Origin: Clostridia bacterium
Lineage (GTDB): Bacteria > Bacillota > Clostridia > Oscillospirales > CAG-382
Assembly: GCA_017466805.1 (NCBI GenBank)
Contig: JAFTTN010000088.1
Coordinates: 721-64,720, forward strand
Length of the DNA: 64,000 nt
Direction of reading: 5' to 3'
Shown: positions 31,177-41,785 of the stretch, piece by piece
How positions within the stretch are numbered: the stretch's first letter is position 1
How the letters are laid out: every line of letters starts with the position of its first letter
Translations under genes and position numbers: made by a program
Notes under the pieces: model-generated
Databases searched by the model: none
Seen by the model: only the letters and a program-made list of their open reading frames with translations
Told to the model about the DNA's origin: nothing

Positions 31177-31724
31177 GTAACTTCAATTTTATAAAAACCG
31201 ATATTAAGGACGTTATAATCGTCGAGCCGCGCGTTTTCGGCGACAGCCGCGGGTATTTTATGGAAACCTACCAAAAGCAAGCCTTTGCCGAGGGCGGAAT
31301 AAACGCCGATTTCATCCAGGATAATCAATCGAAATCGAGAAGAGGCGTGCTGCGCGGTCTGCATTTTCAAAAGACCTATCCGCAGGCAAAGCTCGTTCGC
31401 GTAATCAAGGGCGAGGTGTTTGACGTTGCGGTGGATTTGCGCAACGGCAGCGAAACCTACGGCAAATGGGTAGGCGTTTTGCTTTCGGAGGAAAACAAAA
31501 GGCAACTTTTCGTTCCGCGCGGATTCGCACACGGCTTTTTGGTACTTTCCGAGGAAGCCGAATTCGTATACAAATGCGACGATTATTATCACCCCGAGGA
31601 CGAGGGCGGCATAATTTGGAACGATCCGAGTATTAATGTTGCCTGGCCGATAGACGAGGATATGCAGCTTCTGCTTTCCGAAAAGGACACCAAGCACCCA
31701 ACGCTTACAGATTACGGGAAATAA
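31173..31724 (+). CDS. rfbC: dTDP-4-dehydrorhamnose 3,5-epimerase
   Basis: FGDSRGYF, QDNQSKS, VLRGLHFQ, GFAHGF, YKCD. Confidence 0.96.
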   Translation: MSNFNFIKTDIKDVIIVEPRVFGDSRGYFMETYQKQAFAEGGINADFIQDNQSKSRRGVLRGLHFQKTYPQAKLVRVIKGEVFDVAVDLRNGSETYGKWVGVLLSEENKRQLFVPRGFAHGFLVLSEEAEFVYKCDDYYHPEDEGGIIWNDPSINVAWPIDEDMQLLLSEKDTKHPTLTDYGK

Positions 31725-31725
31725 T

Positions 31726-32916
31726 ATGAAACAGGGATTTTATATCTTTTTTTATAAAAGAATAGCTGTTGAATGGGTTTGCATAGCTCTTGCAACGCTT
31801 GCATATGCGCTGTATTGCTTTGCCTTTATGCTAAAAAAGGCGTTTAGAAAAAAGCGTTTTGTTGCTATGGATACCGACGAAGCGAAGGCTGTTATAACAA
31901 AAAAGTTTCCAAAAACCGAAACGCTTCCCGAAACAGTTAATCTTCCGCTTAACCGCGATATCGACCTTTCGGTTATAGTTCCTATTTATAATTACGAGGA
32001 TCTTATCGAGGGCACGATAAACGCGATATTAAACCAAAAAACGCAATACAAATTCGAGCTGATACTCGTCGACGACGGTTCGCGGCAGCCCGCAAAGGAT
32101 ATTCTTGAAAAATTCAAAGGTCTGCCCAACGTCAAGGTTATTCATCAGGAAAACGGCGGCATCGGCGCGGCGCGCAACACCGGGCTAAACAACGCGCAGG
32201 GCAGATATTATATGTTTGTCGACTGCGATGACACGGTGCACGAGGATATTATCGAATGCTTGATGTCGAAGGCTTACGAAAAGAATCTCGATATGGTTAT
32301 GTGCGCGCACAATCTGTCGAAGGAATCGAACGGCCGCATTACCTCGGTAACCCCTAATATCTACCCAAAATACAATTTAATGCGCTACAAGGACGGCGAT
32401 TATCTTTGGAACTTCCCCGGTTTGCCGTGGTGCAAGGTCTACAAGCGCGAAATGTTCGAAAGCATTCGCTTTCTTCCGGGCTATTGGTACGAGGACACCA
32501 TTATTCATTTTTTGGTGTTTAGGCTTTGCAATAGCTTTGAATATATCCCGCAGGTAAAATACGAATACCGCTGGTACGAAAAGAACTTTTCACACACCCA
32601 GGACAATGCACCCGACCGCACGGTGCAGCGGTATTGGATACTCGAGCGGTGTATCGAGGATACGAAGCGCTTCGGGCTCGACACGGGGGTTATCTTCTAT
32701 AAGCTTCTGCTTCGCCACCTCGGCTCGTATTACTATCTGCAACAAGGTTATATGGAAGAGGAAACGGTAGACGCAATGTTCGCTCTCGCCTCGAATTTGC
32801 TTAAAGCATACGTCCCGAGCGAAAAATATCACCTCCCCTATGCACTAAAGCAGCTCGAAAAGGCACTTCTTACCAACGATATCGAGCTTTGGAAGCTCGC
32901 AACCACGATACAATAA
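31726..32916 (+). CDS. Glycosyltransferase family 2 with N-terminal TM
   Basis: LSVIVPIYN, VDDGS, ARNTGL, FVDCDD, YED. Confidence 0.9.
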   Translation: MKQGFYIFFYKRIAVEWVCIALATLAYALYCFAFMLKKAFRKKRFVAMDTDEAKAVITKKFPKTETLPETVNLPLNRDIDLSVIVPIYNYEDLIEGTINAILNQKTQYKFELILVDDGSRQPAKDILEKFKGLPNVKVIHQENGGIGAARNTGLNNAQGRYYMFVDCDDTVHEDIIECLMSKAYEKNLDMVMCAHNLSKESNGRITSVTPNIYPKYNLMRYKDGDYLWNFPGLPWCKVYKREMFESIRFLPGYWYEDTIIHFLVFRLCNSFEYIPQVKYEYRWYEKNFSHTQDNAPDRTVQRYWILERCIEDTKRFGLDTGVIFYKLLLRHLGSYYYLQQGYMEEETVDAMFALASNLLKAYVPSEKYHLPYALKQLEKALLTNDIELWKLATTIQ

Positions 32917-32982
32917 AAATTAACACCGCGGAAGGTCGATTTATCACTATGGTGCATCGCCTGGGCGTTCCGCGGTGTTTCT

Positions 32983-33324
32983 TTACTCTCTGTTTTGGTT
33001 ATAGGATTTTTGGCAAAGGGTACGTTTTTTACAATAGGGGCATTTGGTTACGAATTCGAAGCTATCCTCGGGCGAATGCGAGGCTGCAAATCTTGAAACA
33101 CGCTTTTTCACCCAAAAATGCCCATAGCACTTACTGCAGCGCGCCCAAAAGTTCCTTGGCATATTCACTATATACAACGCCGTGAAAAATATAAGGAACG
33201 GCATTCCGACGATTAAGCTGAACCACCAGGGCACGTCGTAGGTCGCGCCATTCCAATGAAGCTCGCACCCCGAAAGTATTGCGAGATTAACGATTAGCGC
33301 AAGCACAAGGTAAAGCTTTTTCAT
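32983..33324 (-). CDS. Small membrane protein with C-terminal Zn ribbon
   Basis: Lipobox-like LSGC, second TM, CSKC...CPYC. Confidence 0.65.
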   Translation of the reverse strand: MKKLYLVLALIVNLAILSGCELHWNGATYDVPWWFSLIVGMPFLIFFTALYIVNMPRNFWARCSKCYGHFWVKKRVSRFAASHSPEDSFEFVTKCPYCKKRTLCQKSYNQNRE

Positions 33325-33557
33325 TCTTCTGTCCTCGATTCGTTGAAAATTCCGTGTTTTTTGCAATGCGGACATTTTAAAAAGGCAGAGTCGTTTGCCA
33401 TATTCGAGAAGTATATGTTTTTTCTTTTCTCCTGTACGAAGCGTTTTTTGCAATGCGGGCACACGAACGCTTTGCCGGTTATGCTCTTTTTACTGCACAG
33501 CGCTATTATAAGCAAAAACACAGCCAAAGCGGCAGCACCGATTATAAATTCGCCCAT
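33321..33557 (-). CDS. Small membrane-anchored Zn-ribbon protein
   Basis: GGAGG RBS; N-terminal TM; CPHC...CPHC. Confidence 0.7.
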   Translation of the reverse strand: MGEFIIGAAALAVFLLIIALCSKKSITGKAFVCPHCKKRFVQEKRKNIYFSNMANDSAFLKCPHCKKHGIFNESRTEE

Positions 33558-33568
33558 AAATATACCTC

Positions 33569-34249
33569 CTAAAGCTCGTAATAGCTTAGCCAAAGCCCGT
33601 TTATTTCCCCGTGCTGTACTACGAATTTAATAACAAGCCCAAGCTTTTTATAGCGCAAACGGCTGTAAAACACCGTATTTATATTGCAATCCCTCTCGAT
33701 ACGCTCGAGCGAAACGAATTTTCCGAGCGGCAAAAGCGCATCGGCAAAAATACATTTTAATGCCGAAAGCGGTGTATATTCACGCATGGTTTTGCCGAAC
33801 AGCCCGAATATTTTTTCGTATTCGCCTTTTATAAAAAGGTCTGTCGCGAGCGTTGCGGTTTCGTTATCGGCACAGCCGCACGTTTCGGCGTGTTCGCCGT
33901 AAATATCGCCGCCGTGCTCTATGGTGTGCAACGCCTCGTCGAGCAATCGCACCGTTCTTGCCATTCCCGAAAGCTTTGCGATTATTTCCGCCCTGCGCTC
34001 GATTATTGCTTGCGAAAGGTTCGAATCGCCCTTTTGTATTTCGGAAATTTTTGCAACAGTCAAGCCGAGCGAGCGCAGCACCAAAATCTTTTTTATTAAA
34101 TCTATCTGCTCCTGCGTGTATTTTCGGCGGCTCGAAAACCGTTTTGTGCTGTTTATAAGCCGTTTTTCCTCGTAAAACCGCAAAGTACGCGAGGTTATGC
34201 CAAGCAATGCGCAAACTTCGGTTATATCATAAAGCCTTTCGTTTTCCAT
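33569..34249 (-). CDS. MerR-family regulator (C-terminal DUF3887-like domain)
   Basis: YDITEVCALLGITSRTLRFYEE, LRSLGL. Confidence 0.88.
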   Translation of the reverse strand: MENERLYDITEVCALLGITSRTLRFYEEKRLINSTKRFSSRRKYTQEQIDLIKKILVLRSLGLTVAKISEIQKGDSNLSQAIIERRAEIIAKLSGMARTVRLLDEALHTIEHGGDIYGEHAETCGCADNETATLATDLFIKGEYEKIFGLFGKTMREYTPLSALKCIFADALLPLGKFVSLERIERDCNINTVFYSRLRYKKLGLVIKFVVQHGEINGLWLSYYEL

Positions 34250-34269
34250 ATCCCTGCCCCCTTAGCTTT

Positions 34270-34300
34270 ATTATATCACTTGACGCAGGGTCAATGTCAA
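34270..34300 (-). promoter_or_regulatory. MerR-type promoter/operator
   Basis: Minus strand TTGACA-19 bp-TATAAT with TTGAC-CCTGC-GTCAA dyad in the spacer. Confidence 0.85.
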
Positions 34301-34475
34301 GTAGGCACAACAAAAAAGCAGACGTTGCATCTGCTTTTTTTCGTTTATAAGCTTATAAGCGCTTGACGGGGGGTCCTTGGTTCCTGCGATGCGAATCAAA
34401 AGTGCGAGCGCACGAACGTTTGAAAGAACACGCGAAAACAAGCGTTTTCTTGTAAAAGTGCAGCGCAAGCAAGCG

Positions 34476-36449
34476 TTAATCAAGCTTTACCGCGTGGGTA
34501 ACGCTGCCGTACGAGCAGGCGACGAGCAGGTAATCGAGCGTTATCTGCTTTACGCTGTGCGCGGGAACGGTGATTTCGTATTTATAGTTGCTGAACGCGC
34601 CGCCGTTTTCGCCCAAGCCCGCGGTATAATCGGCGGAAAGCACCTCGCCGGTTTTGCTGTCGCGCACAAGTATTGCAAGCGTGCCGTGGTCGCGCAGGTG
34701 GAGGGTTATTTTGCGGTCGGTGTCGCCCTGATTAACGAACGTGAAGTGGTCCTGATATTCTATCATCCAGTTTGCCGTATTGGCGGGAGCACCAGCACCG
34801 TCGGCGCGGTGGTTATCGAACACTATAAGATTTCCCTGCGCATCGTGCCAGATAAATTCAACCATATCCATTCCCACAGCCTGATGGTTGTTTTGCGGGT
34901 TAAGATGCGTCATCCAGGTGGTGCTCTTTACTGTGTGGGGCGTGCTGTTATAGGACGCATAGGGGGTTTTCGGAAGAACCGAATCGCTGTAATAGGTTGT
35001 ATATGTTACCGGCAGGAAGCGCGCGGAGGTGTTATCGTTAAAGGTCCAAGACATATAGTTGTCGATAACGCCGTGGTGGTAGGCAATACCCGAATATTGC
35101 TGTGAATATGCACCGCCGACGTAGCCAAGCGCTTTCGGCTCTGCCTGAACCTGACTTGCATCGGTATAGCAATACATCGTGCCGGTTACCATTCCTCCGG
35201 TTACGCTAAACTTAACGTTGCCGTTCGCACAGCGGATCGGGTTGACGTAGTAGTTTGCCGAATTATCTACGTTGATATTGCGGTATGCGTCTGCACTCGT
35301 ACCGCCGATTACCCACATATATTCACCTGCGGGCAGACGGTAGGTTGTGGGCTGATAAACTCGCGGCTGATATTTTACATACGCGTAATCCAAGCCCGCA
35401 TATTTAGCCGAAATCGCACCCGACGCGGTGAAATAATCGGCGGGTAGCTCGAACGAGGTATTATAGAACTTATACCAAGCGAGCTGACCGAACCAGGTAC
35501 CGATATGCTGGTATCCGACGTTTAAAACGGTTATATAAACGTCGTGGTCGCTGTCGTTTTTAAGCTGATATCCAAGATAAACGTTCTTGCCCGCATAGTT
35601 AGCGTGCTCGAAGGTTACGTATACATCGCCCTCCAAGCCCTCGTTGCGCATAAACGCCTTGCCGACGTGCTGTGCGCCGAACTGCTCGGGGTTATTGGAA
35701 TAAACGTAGGTACCGCCCTCGCGCTTGATGTAGTTTACCTCTGCGGCAACGAGCGGACTTTCGCCGTCGTTATCGAGCACAAGCTTCGAGGTATCGACAG
35801 GTGCCGCAACGTCGTAGGGCAGCAGCACGGTGTGCTCACTCGCGGTGGTGGTGATTTTAAAATCGGCGTTGGCTTTTTTGGTTTTAACGGTTAAAGTATA
35901 CGCCTCGTCGGCTTTTAACGAAACCGAAAGCTCGGTTTTGCCCGATTTAAGCTCTTCGCCGTTTTTGCTTATGGTTATAGAGCTTAAATTTTCGCCTTTA
36001 AGGGTATATTTATCGGTATACGGTGCGAAGACGGTATAGCTTCTTTCGCCGTTATCGTCGGTTAAATCGTCGATGCTCGAAAGACGGAACGCCTTGCTTC
36101 TGTCCTCGGCGTTAATTTCGGGCTCTTCGCTCGTTTCGCCCGAGCCTTCTTCGCTCGTTTCGCCTAAGCTCTCGTCGCTCGTTTCGTTTGAAGCATCGCT
36201 TTCGGATTCGGACGATTCGACCTCGGACGATTCGGCTTCACTCGATGCCTCCGAGCTGTCCTCGCTCGATACGGCTTGCGAGCTTTCGGGCTTTTCGGTT
36301 TTACTGCTTTCCTGCGCGGCTGTACTGCTTTCGCCGATTACCTCCGAGGAGCTGCTTTCGCTATCGCCGCAGGCGGCAAAAACCGCAACAAGCATTAAAA
36401 GTGCCAAAAGCAACGCGGTTATTCTTGCACGGTGTGTTCTTGTTTTCAT
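34476..36449 (-). CDS. Large lipoprotein with Ser/Glu-rich linker and unknown beta-rich domain
   Basis: Lipobox FAAC; ~85-aa S/E low-complexity tether; YSNNPE, FEH and C-terminal ANW..EY motifs. Confidence 0.75.
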   Translation of the reverse strand: MKTRTHRARITALLLALLMLVAVFAACGDSESSSSEVIGESSTAAQESSKTEKPESSQAVSSEDSSEASSEAESSEVESSESESDASNETSDESLGETSEEGSGETSEEPEINAEDRSKAFRLSSIDDLTDDNGERSYTVFAPYTDKYTLKGENLSSITISKNGEELKSGKTELSVSLKADEAYTLTVKTKKANADFKITTTASEHTVLLPYDVAAPVDTSKLVLDNDGESPLVAAEVNYIKREGGTYVYSNNPEQFGAQHVGKAFMRNEGLEGDVYVTFEHANYAGKNVYLGYQLKNDSDHDVYITVLNVGYQHIGTWFGQLAWYKFYNTSFELPADYFTASGAISAKYAGLDYAYVKYQPRVYQPTTYRLPAGEYMWVIGGTSADAYRNINVDNSANYYVNPIRCANGNVKFSVTGGMVTGTMYCYTDASQVQAEPKALGYVGGAYSQQYSGIAYHHGVIDNYMSWTFNDNTSARFLPVTYTTYYSDSVLPKTPYASYNSTPHTVKSTTWMTHLNPQNNHQAVGMDMVEFIWHDAQGNLIVFDNHRADGAGAPANTANWMIEYQDHFTFVNQGDTDRKITLHLRDHGTLAILVRDSKTGEVLSADYTAGLGENGGAFSNYKYEITVPAHSVKQITLDYLLVACSYGSVTHAVKLD

Positions 36450-36500
36450 AGCCTTCTCCTTGTGGGATATATTGTATCGGTTTATTTTATATTTTAATTG

Positions 36501-37409
36501 TTATGGATTTGTAAAAGAAAGGCGAAATTCGCTTTTTATCGCTTCGGTGTTATCCTCGGAATATTCAAGCTCCTCGGATATTATCCGTGCAAGCTCGACC
36601 GCATCGCCGCAATTTTTTAAAAGCGAGGCAAGCAGTCTTTCGCAAATAAGGCAAAAGCCGAGCGCCGCGCGGAATTCGAAAATATCCTCGGCACCGCTGC
36701 AATGACGGTATACGAAATACGCAAGAGCGCGCTCGAGAATTTTTTCCTGTCCGTCGCAATCGAAAAGAGCGCCCGAATAGCAGGAAAAAAGCTTTTGGTG
36801 GTTCGAATCGAGATATTCGAGCCGCGAAAGCACAAGCCGCGTTTTTTCATCGCCAAGCATATTCGGCGAAACCGAAAATTCGTTATATATATCAAAAAGC
36901 CTTTCGTTATATCGCTTTTCGCAGTTCGAAAGGATTGAAAAGAGTCTTTGGCGGGGAACGCAGGCATCGAATTCGGGGGATTCCTCATCGTAGCCGAGCT
37001 CGCATATTTCGGATATTTCGGAATAGCCGTCGGAATTAAGAATAATAGAGCACGCCTCCTCGCACGCCATACCCAAGCCGACCTCCATACCGTTTTTTAC
37101 GGTATTATAAAAGCGCGGGTGCTCGCGGCAGATATCGCACAAATAGCCCTCGCCGAGATTTAATATTATTCTGCAAAGGTTGTTTTCGTCGAGATGAACG
37201 CAACGCCCGCCCCCGCAAAGCATAAAATGCGGGTTTTCGCTGTCCTCGATGCTTTTCAAAACCTCGCTTGCATAGGGTGCTTCGGCGCTTTGGTATTTGC
37301 CAAGCGTGAATTCGTCGATATCTATTTCCCAGCCGATACAGCAGCTATGCCTGCATTTGTCGGCAATACATTTAAATTTTTTGTAATAGCTCGGTGCATA
37401 CAGCTTCAT
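36501..37409 (-). CDS. FliB-family (flagellin lysine-N-methylase-like) protein
   Basis: FKCIADKCRHSCCIGWEIDID, LCDICREHPR, ELEYSEDN. Confidence 0.8.
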   Translation of the reverse strand: MKLYAPSYYKKFKCIADKCRHSCCIGWEIDIDEFTLGKYQSAEAPYASEVLKSIEDSENPHFMLCGGGRCVHLDENNLCRIILNLGEGYLCDICREHPRFYNTVKNGMEVGLGMACEEACSIILNSDGYSEISEICELGYDEESPEFDACVPRQRLFSILSNCEKRYNERLFDIYNEFSVSPNMLGDEKTRLVLSRLEYLDSNHQKLFSCYSGALFDCDGQEKILERALAYFVYRHCSGAEDIFEFRAALGFCLICERLLASLLKNCGDAVELARIISEELEYSEDNTEAIKSEFRLSFTNP

Positions 37410-37530
37410 TTTTTTCGCCTCCGCGTTGGTTTAAACCGATTTTACCACGAACTTATCGGTTAGTCAACAAATCCTTGCGCGACAGCTTATCAATCGAGCG
37501 TTGTTTTGTTTTTTGTGTGTTTTTCTTTTT

Positions 37531-37578
37531 TCGCAGGGAGCTTTTACAAAAGCTCCCCGCACCCCGCAAAACCCTTTA
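37531..37578. repeat. REP-like palindromic intergenic element
   Basis: GGGAGCTTTT-AC-AAAAGCTCCC perfect hairpin followed by GCACCCCGCAAAAC. Confidence 0.5.
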
Positions 37579-37703
37579 TATCAAAAATTCATATACGGTT
37601 ACAGCTTTTCAACGCCCGCCCATTATATAGTCGCCAAACAAGCAATAAGGTTTGCCGTTTTTTACAAATCCTTAAAAGAAACCGCAAGTTGAAGCATATA
37701 CCG

Positions 37704-38399
37704 TTACAATCGAATAAACTTTTCCAATACGGATATATATTCCTTTGGAATCTCGTAACAGTCGACAGAGTATTTCAGCGGCATCGAATATTCGTCGTTT
37801 TCGTCGTAAATCGCCGTGATGTTTACGGTTATCACCCATTTTCCGTTCACTTTTCCTATATATCCCTTATATTGAGTCGCAAGCGGACTGCCGTTATAGC
37901 CGTAATAAATCATTTTCAGGCGTTGGTTCTCGCTAAGCACAAATAGATTTTCGGTTTCGTAAACAAAATCGCTCTTTTTTCCGCTTTCTATCTCGCAAAT
38001 AGCTTGCAAAAGCTCTTCTTTACGAGAATATCTGCCGCCACAGCAAACCGACGTCAGCTCGCCCTCGGTTTGAAATTCATAATCCTCGGCAACGTACAGA
38101 CGTTGGTCCAAAAACGAGCGCAAAACGATAAAGGTATGGCTGTCATCCTGCACGACCTCTTTGATATTAAAACTGCCGTCTTCGGTTTTTGCTATCCTTT
38201 TCCCCTCGGTATAATTGCCGGGATTCCCCATCGAGACATAGCTTCTTCCGCGCCAAATCAATCCGCCCTCTTCCCCGCGGTAAACCGCCGAATTATCGGT
38301 GAAAACAATTCCGTTCGCAAACAGCCAAACGAATACGCACGCGATAGCGGCAACAGTAAATGCGATTTTTGTAATTGTTTTCCCGGATATTTTTTTCAT
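37704..38399 (-). CDS. Hypothetical membrane-anchored protein
   Basis: N-terminal TM; open 231 codons. Confidence 0.65.
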   Translation of the reverse strand: MKKISGKTITKIAFTVAAIACVFVWLFANGIVFTDNSAVYRGEEGGLIWRGRSYVSMGNPGNYTEGKRIAKTEDGSFNIKEVVQDDSHTFIVLRSFLDQRLYVAEDYEFQTEGELTSVCCGGRYSRKEELLQAICEIESGKKSDFVYETENLFVLSENQRLKMIYYGYNGSPLATQYKGYIGKVNGKWVITVNITAIYDENDEYSMPLKYSVDCYEIPKEYISVLEKFIRL

Positions 38400-38503
38400 A
38401 TATACCACCCCGAAACGTTTTTCTGTATATTAGAAATGTTTCTCTGCAAAACGTTACAAAAATGCAAGCATTTTTTGGTTTTCTGTGCGAGCGTACTGTC
38501 ATC

Positions 38504-38536
38504 AAAAAAACACCCGAAAACTTGCGTTTTCGGGTG
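38504..38536 (-). terminator. Terminator of pfp
   Basis: CACCCGAAAAC...GTTTTCGGGTG stem with A run on its left. Confidence 0.75.
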
Positions 38537-38550
38537 AATGCAAAGCGTTA

Positions 38551-40212
38551 TTATTTACCCTGCTCGAGTGCAAGAGTTTGAGTGGTAGCATCGCAAACCT
38601 CGGTCGGACCGAAGTACTGGATAGCACCGGGGTAAACGAAGCAGGTGTTTTCTGCCCATTCTGCGCGGTTAGCCGCAAAGAACTTGAAGGGTGCACCCTC
38701 GAGGTCTACGAGCGCCTTGCGGATAACGGGCTTATCCTTACCGTGTCTTCTTTCGATGTTCATCATCTTGGTCATAGGCATACCGCCCGCAACCCATTCT
38801 TCAGCAGGGTTGGAAAGGTTGGAAACCTTGGAAAGATAGCCGGTGTAGCCGTATTGGATAAGCATAAATGCGTTGTAGCCGAGCGAGTAGCAGTAGTCTG
38901 CATCGAAGTTGGAGGGGAATGCGCAGCGGCCCTCGTAGCCGAGGAAGTGGTGGAGCGCAGAGAACTTGCCGTTGTATGCGCCTGCTTCCTTACGAGCTTT
39001 TAAATTGTCTGCAACGAATGCAGAGAAGAGCTTTTCGGATTCGATAAGCGAAACCTGAACGTTGCCGTGGGGGTCGCGTTCGAGGAAGAGCTGACGCTGG
39101 ATAGAGTCGGGAAGTATCGAGAATACCTCCATAGATTCCTTGGAAAGACCCTCCTGAATGAATTCGTATTTATCCTTCCAGGTGAGAAGAGCGTTGAATT
39201 CATCGGTCTTTTCGCCTGCAAGAAGCTCGTTGATTTCTGCGATAAGCACCGAGAATTCGGGAACGAATTCAACGATACCCTCGGGAATAATCGCAACGCC
39301 GAAGTTGCAGCCCTTTGCGGCACGCTTTGCAACAGAATCTGCGATATAGTCTGCAATTTCTACCATAGACATCTTCTTTGCGGCAACCTCTTCGCCTACC
39401 AAGCAAATGTTGGGACGGGTCTGGAGCGCGCATTCGAGAGCAACGTGAGAAGCAGAACGGCCCATTACCTTAACGAAGTGCCAATACTTCTTTGCGGAGT
39501 TAGCGTCGCGTTCGATATTACCGATAATTTCGGAATAGGTTTTGGTAGCGGTATCGAAGCCGAAGGAGCATTCGATATCCTCGTTCTTAAGGTCGCCGTC
39601 GATAGTTTTGGGACAGCCGATAACCTGAACGCCGGCATTGTTAGCCGCAAAATATTCGGCAAGAACAGCCGCGTTGGTGTTCGAGTCGTCGCCGCCGATG
39701 ATTACGATAGCGTTGATACCGTGCTTTTTGCAAACCTTTGCAACGATAGCAAACTGTTCTTCGGTTTCGAGCTTGGTTCTGCCCGAGCCGATAATATCGA
39801 AGCCGCCGGTGTTGCGGTATGCATCGATATATTCGTCGTCAAAAATAATATAATCGTCTTCCAACAGACCGGAGGGACCGCCTTTGAAGCCGTAAAGAAC
39901 GTTGTTCTTATCGGTAGCCTTCAAAGCGTCGTACAAGCCGCAGATAACGTTGTGTCCGCCGGGAGCCTGACCGCCCGAAAGGATAACGCCAACCTTCTGC
40001 ACCTTTGCTTCAGCGGTATTTTCGCCCTTTTGGAAGGTGATTTCGTTCTTGCCGTAGGTGTTGGGGAACAAAGCCTTGATCTTTTCCTGATCTGCTACGC
40101 TTTCGGTAGGAAGACCGTCTTTAACGCAGATTTCGGAAATGCCGTTTCTGAGCATACCGGGAAGCTTGGGGGTGTACTGGTATCTTGCAATCTGAAGAGG
40201 TGAAAGTTTCAT
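38551..40212 (-). CDS. pfp: Pyrophosphate-dependent phosphofructokinase
   Basis: [44 protein letters not shown]. Confidence 0.95.
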   Translation of the reverse strand: MKLSPLQIARYQYTPKLPGMLRNGISEICVKDGLPTESVADQEKIKALFPNTYGKNEITFQKGENTAEAKVQKVGVILSGGQAPGGHNVICGLYDALKATDKNNVLYGFKGGPSGLLEDDYIIFDDEYIDAYRNTGGFDIIGSGRTKLETEEQFAIVAKVCKKHGINAIVIIGGDDSNTNAAVLAEYFAANNAGVQVIGCPKTIDGDLKNEDIECSFGFDTATKTYSEIIGNIERDANSAKKYWHFVKVMGRSASHVALECALQTRPNICLVGEEVAAKKMSMVEIADYIADSVAKRAAKGCNFGVAIIPEGIVEFVPEFSVLIAEINELLAGEKTDEFNALLTWKDKYEFIQEGLSKESMEVFSILPDSIQRQLFLERDPHGNVQVSLIESEKLFSAFVADNLKARKEAGAYNGKFSALHHFLGYEGRCAFPSNFDADYCYSLGYNAFMLIQYGYTGYLSKVSNLSNPAEEWVAGGMPMTKMMNIERRHGKDKPVIRKALVDLEGAPFKFFAANRAEWAENTCFVYPGAIQYFGPTEVCDATTQTLALEQGK

Positions 40213-40412
40213 TAGAAGAACACTCCTTGTATTGATGTAAAATTCAAAATCGTCTTATTATACCCCATTTTTCAACAAAAGTAAATAGTATTTTATCTTT
40301 TTTCGCCGTGTGCAAAGCTAAAATATTCGGTTTTAAAAAACAAGCCTTTTGTATAACAAACACAACCGCTGTAAAAAAAGCCGCAAGGCACACTGCCCGA
40401 CGGCTTTGATTT

Positions 40413-41609
40413 TTATTCGAACACAAGCTCGCCATCTATATCGGCGGTTGCGGATTTAAAGGTCATCGTGCCGGCATAGCCGTCGATACCGTTAAATCCG
40501 ACGAAAACGATTTTTTCGTTCCACACCGCGCCCTTCGGTACCGAAGCGCAGGGGATTTCGGGCTGCTTTGGGCTTTTGAAATTTTCGAACTCGCTATCCG
40601 AAATCATATAGCGCGCTCTTCCGCCAAGGCTGAAGATTAAATAATATCGGCCGTCATACACTATATAATCGGGGCATTCGGGCTCGGTCGCATCGTCCGA
40701 AATATAAATCGGATTGCCGGTATCCTCCCATATGTTCAAATCGCGCGAGATAAAATGCGCAAGACAGCCCTTGCCCTCGGCGACGAGAGCGGTGGTCAAA
40801 AGCATATGAAAGGTTCCGTCGCTTCCCTTTATCACCTTTGGGTCGCGGGCGACAGCTTGATTGTATTTTTCGGGCAGCAGGAACCCAAAGCGCTCGTCCT
40901 TTTCGAAATGAAAGCCGTCGGCGGATATACTGCGCTTTATCGGTGCGGCAAGCGCTCCGCCGCGCCTTACGGTATAAAACAAATATTCGAGCTCGCCCTG
41001 CTTTATCCAAGAGCCCGTGCATATCGAGCATTCGGTCGGGTCGGTTATTTCCACCGCCATCGGATGCACCGACCAACGCGAAAAATCCTTTGTCGATATA
41101 TGCGCCCATTGGTGCGCACCCATTCCCCATTTGCTGTAATGATGGTGTCTGTCCTTTAAATACAAAATATGGTATTCATCGCCGCGAACGTATGGCATAC
41201 AATCGCCGACAAACACATTTTCCTCGGGACGCCAGCCCTCTGCACCGCAAAAGGTCGAAATCACGCAGGGCTCCTCGCGGCGCTTACAGCTATATTCGGC
41301 AACGCAAATTTCAAAATCGCTTTCGGTTTTATCGCCTAAGCAAAACAGCATATCGCCGCTCGGCCATTCCTCGTCGGCAAGATTGCCGTTTATATACAGC
41401 TCGATTCGGTGGCGAAGCAAAATAATCCTTGCCCTATCGCCGATTTCCGCGCTTGCGCGCAGCACCAAGGGCTGCGGGTGCGAGCAGCAGGCAACGGCGC
41501 AGGAAAGAAAGCCCTCCGACAGCTTTATTTCCAAGCTTTTTCGGTTTTCGCGGTGTGCGACTGCGTAATACGCATCGGTTACAAGCAAATTTATTTCGAT
41601 ACCCTTCAT
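40413..41609 (-). CDS. Glycoside hydrolase family 32-like (five-bladed propeller)
   Basis: GDCMP, WAHIST, CTGS, ARDP, ECPD catalytic motifs. Confidence 0.8.
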   Translation of the reverse strand: MKGIEINLLVTDAYYAVAHRENRKSLEIKLSEGFLSCAVACCSHPQPLVLRASAEIGDRARIILLRHRIELYINGNLADEEWPSGDMLFCLGDKTESDFEICVAEYSCKRREEPCVISTFCGAEGWRPEENVFVGDCMPYVRGDEYHILYLKDRHHHYSKWGMGAHQWAHISTKDFSRWSVHPMAVEITDPTECSICTGSWIKQGELEYLFYTVRRGGALAAPIKRSISADGFHFEKDERFGFLLPEKYNQAVARDPKVIKGSDGTFHMLLTTALVAEGKGCLAHFISRDLNIWEDTGNPIYISDDATEPECPDYIVYDGRYYLIFSLGGRARYMISDSEFENFKSPKQPEIPCASVPKGAVWNEKIVFVGFNGIDGYAGTMTFKSATADIDGELVFE

Positions 41610-41785
41610 TTTGCCCCCGCCTTTTTATTATTATACCGACATTATACCACCGTTTTTCTTCTTTTACAATGCCGACACCGCAAAAAACGGCGAAGCTTTA
41701 ATTGTTAAAAAACATTGACGATTTTGTTAAAATATGTTATAATTTCTGTGACTGTGCATATTTTAGAAAAGGAAAGCTAAACGGC

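Noticed and set aside
36110-36365. Short tandem repeats (TCGCTCGTTTCG) in the lipoprotein gene
   Set aside because: Explained by the Ser/Glu-rich linker coding sequence (SEE/ETS repeats).
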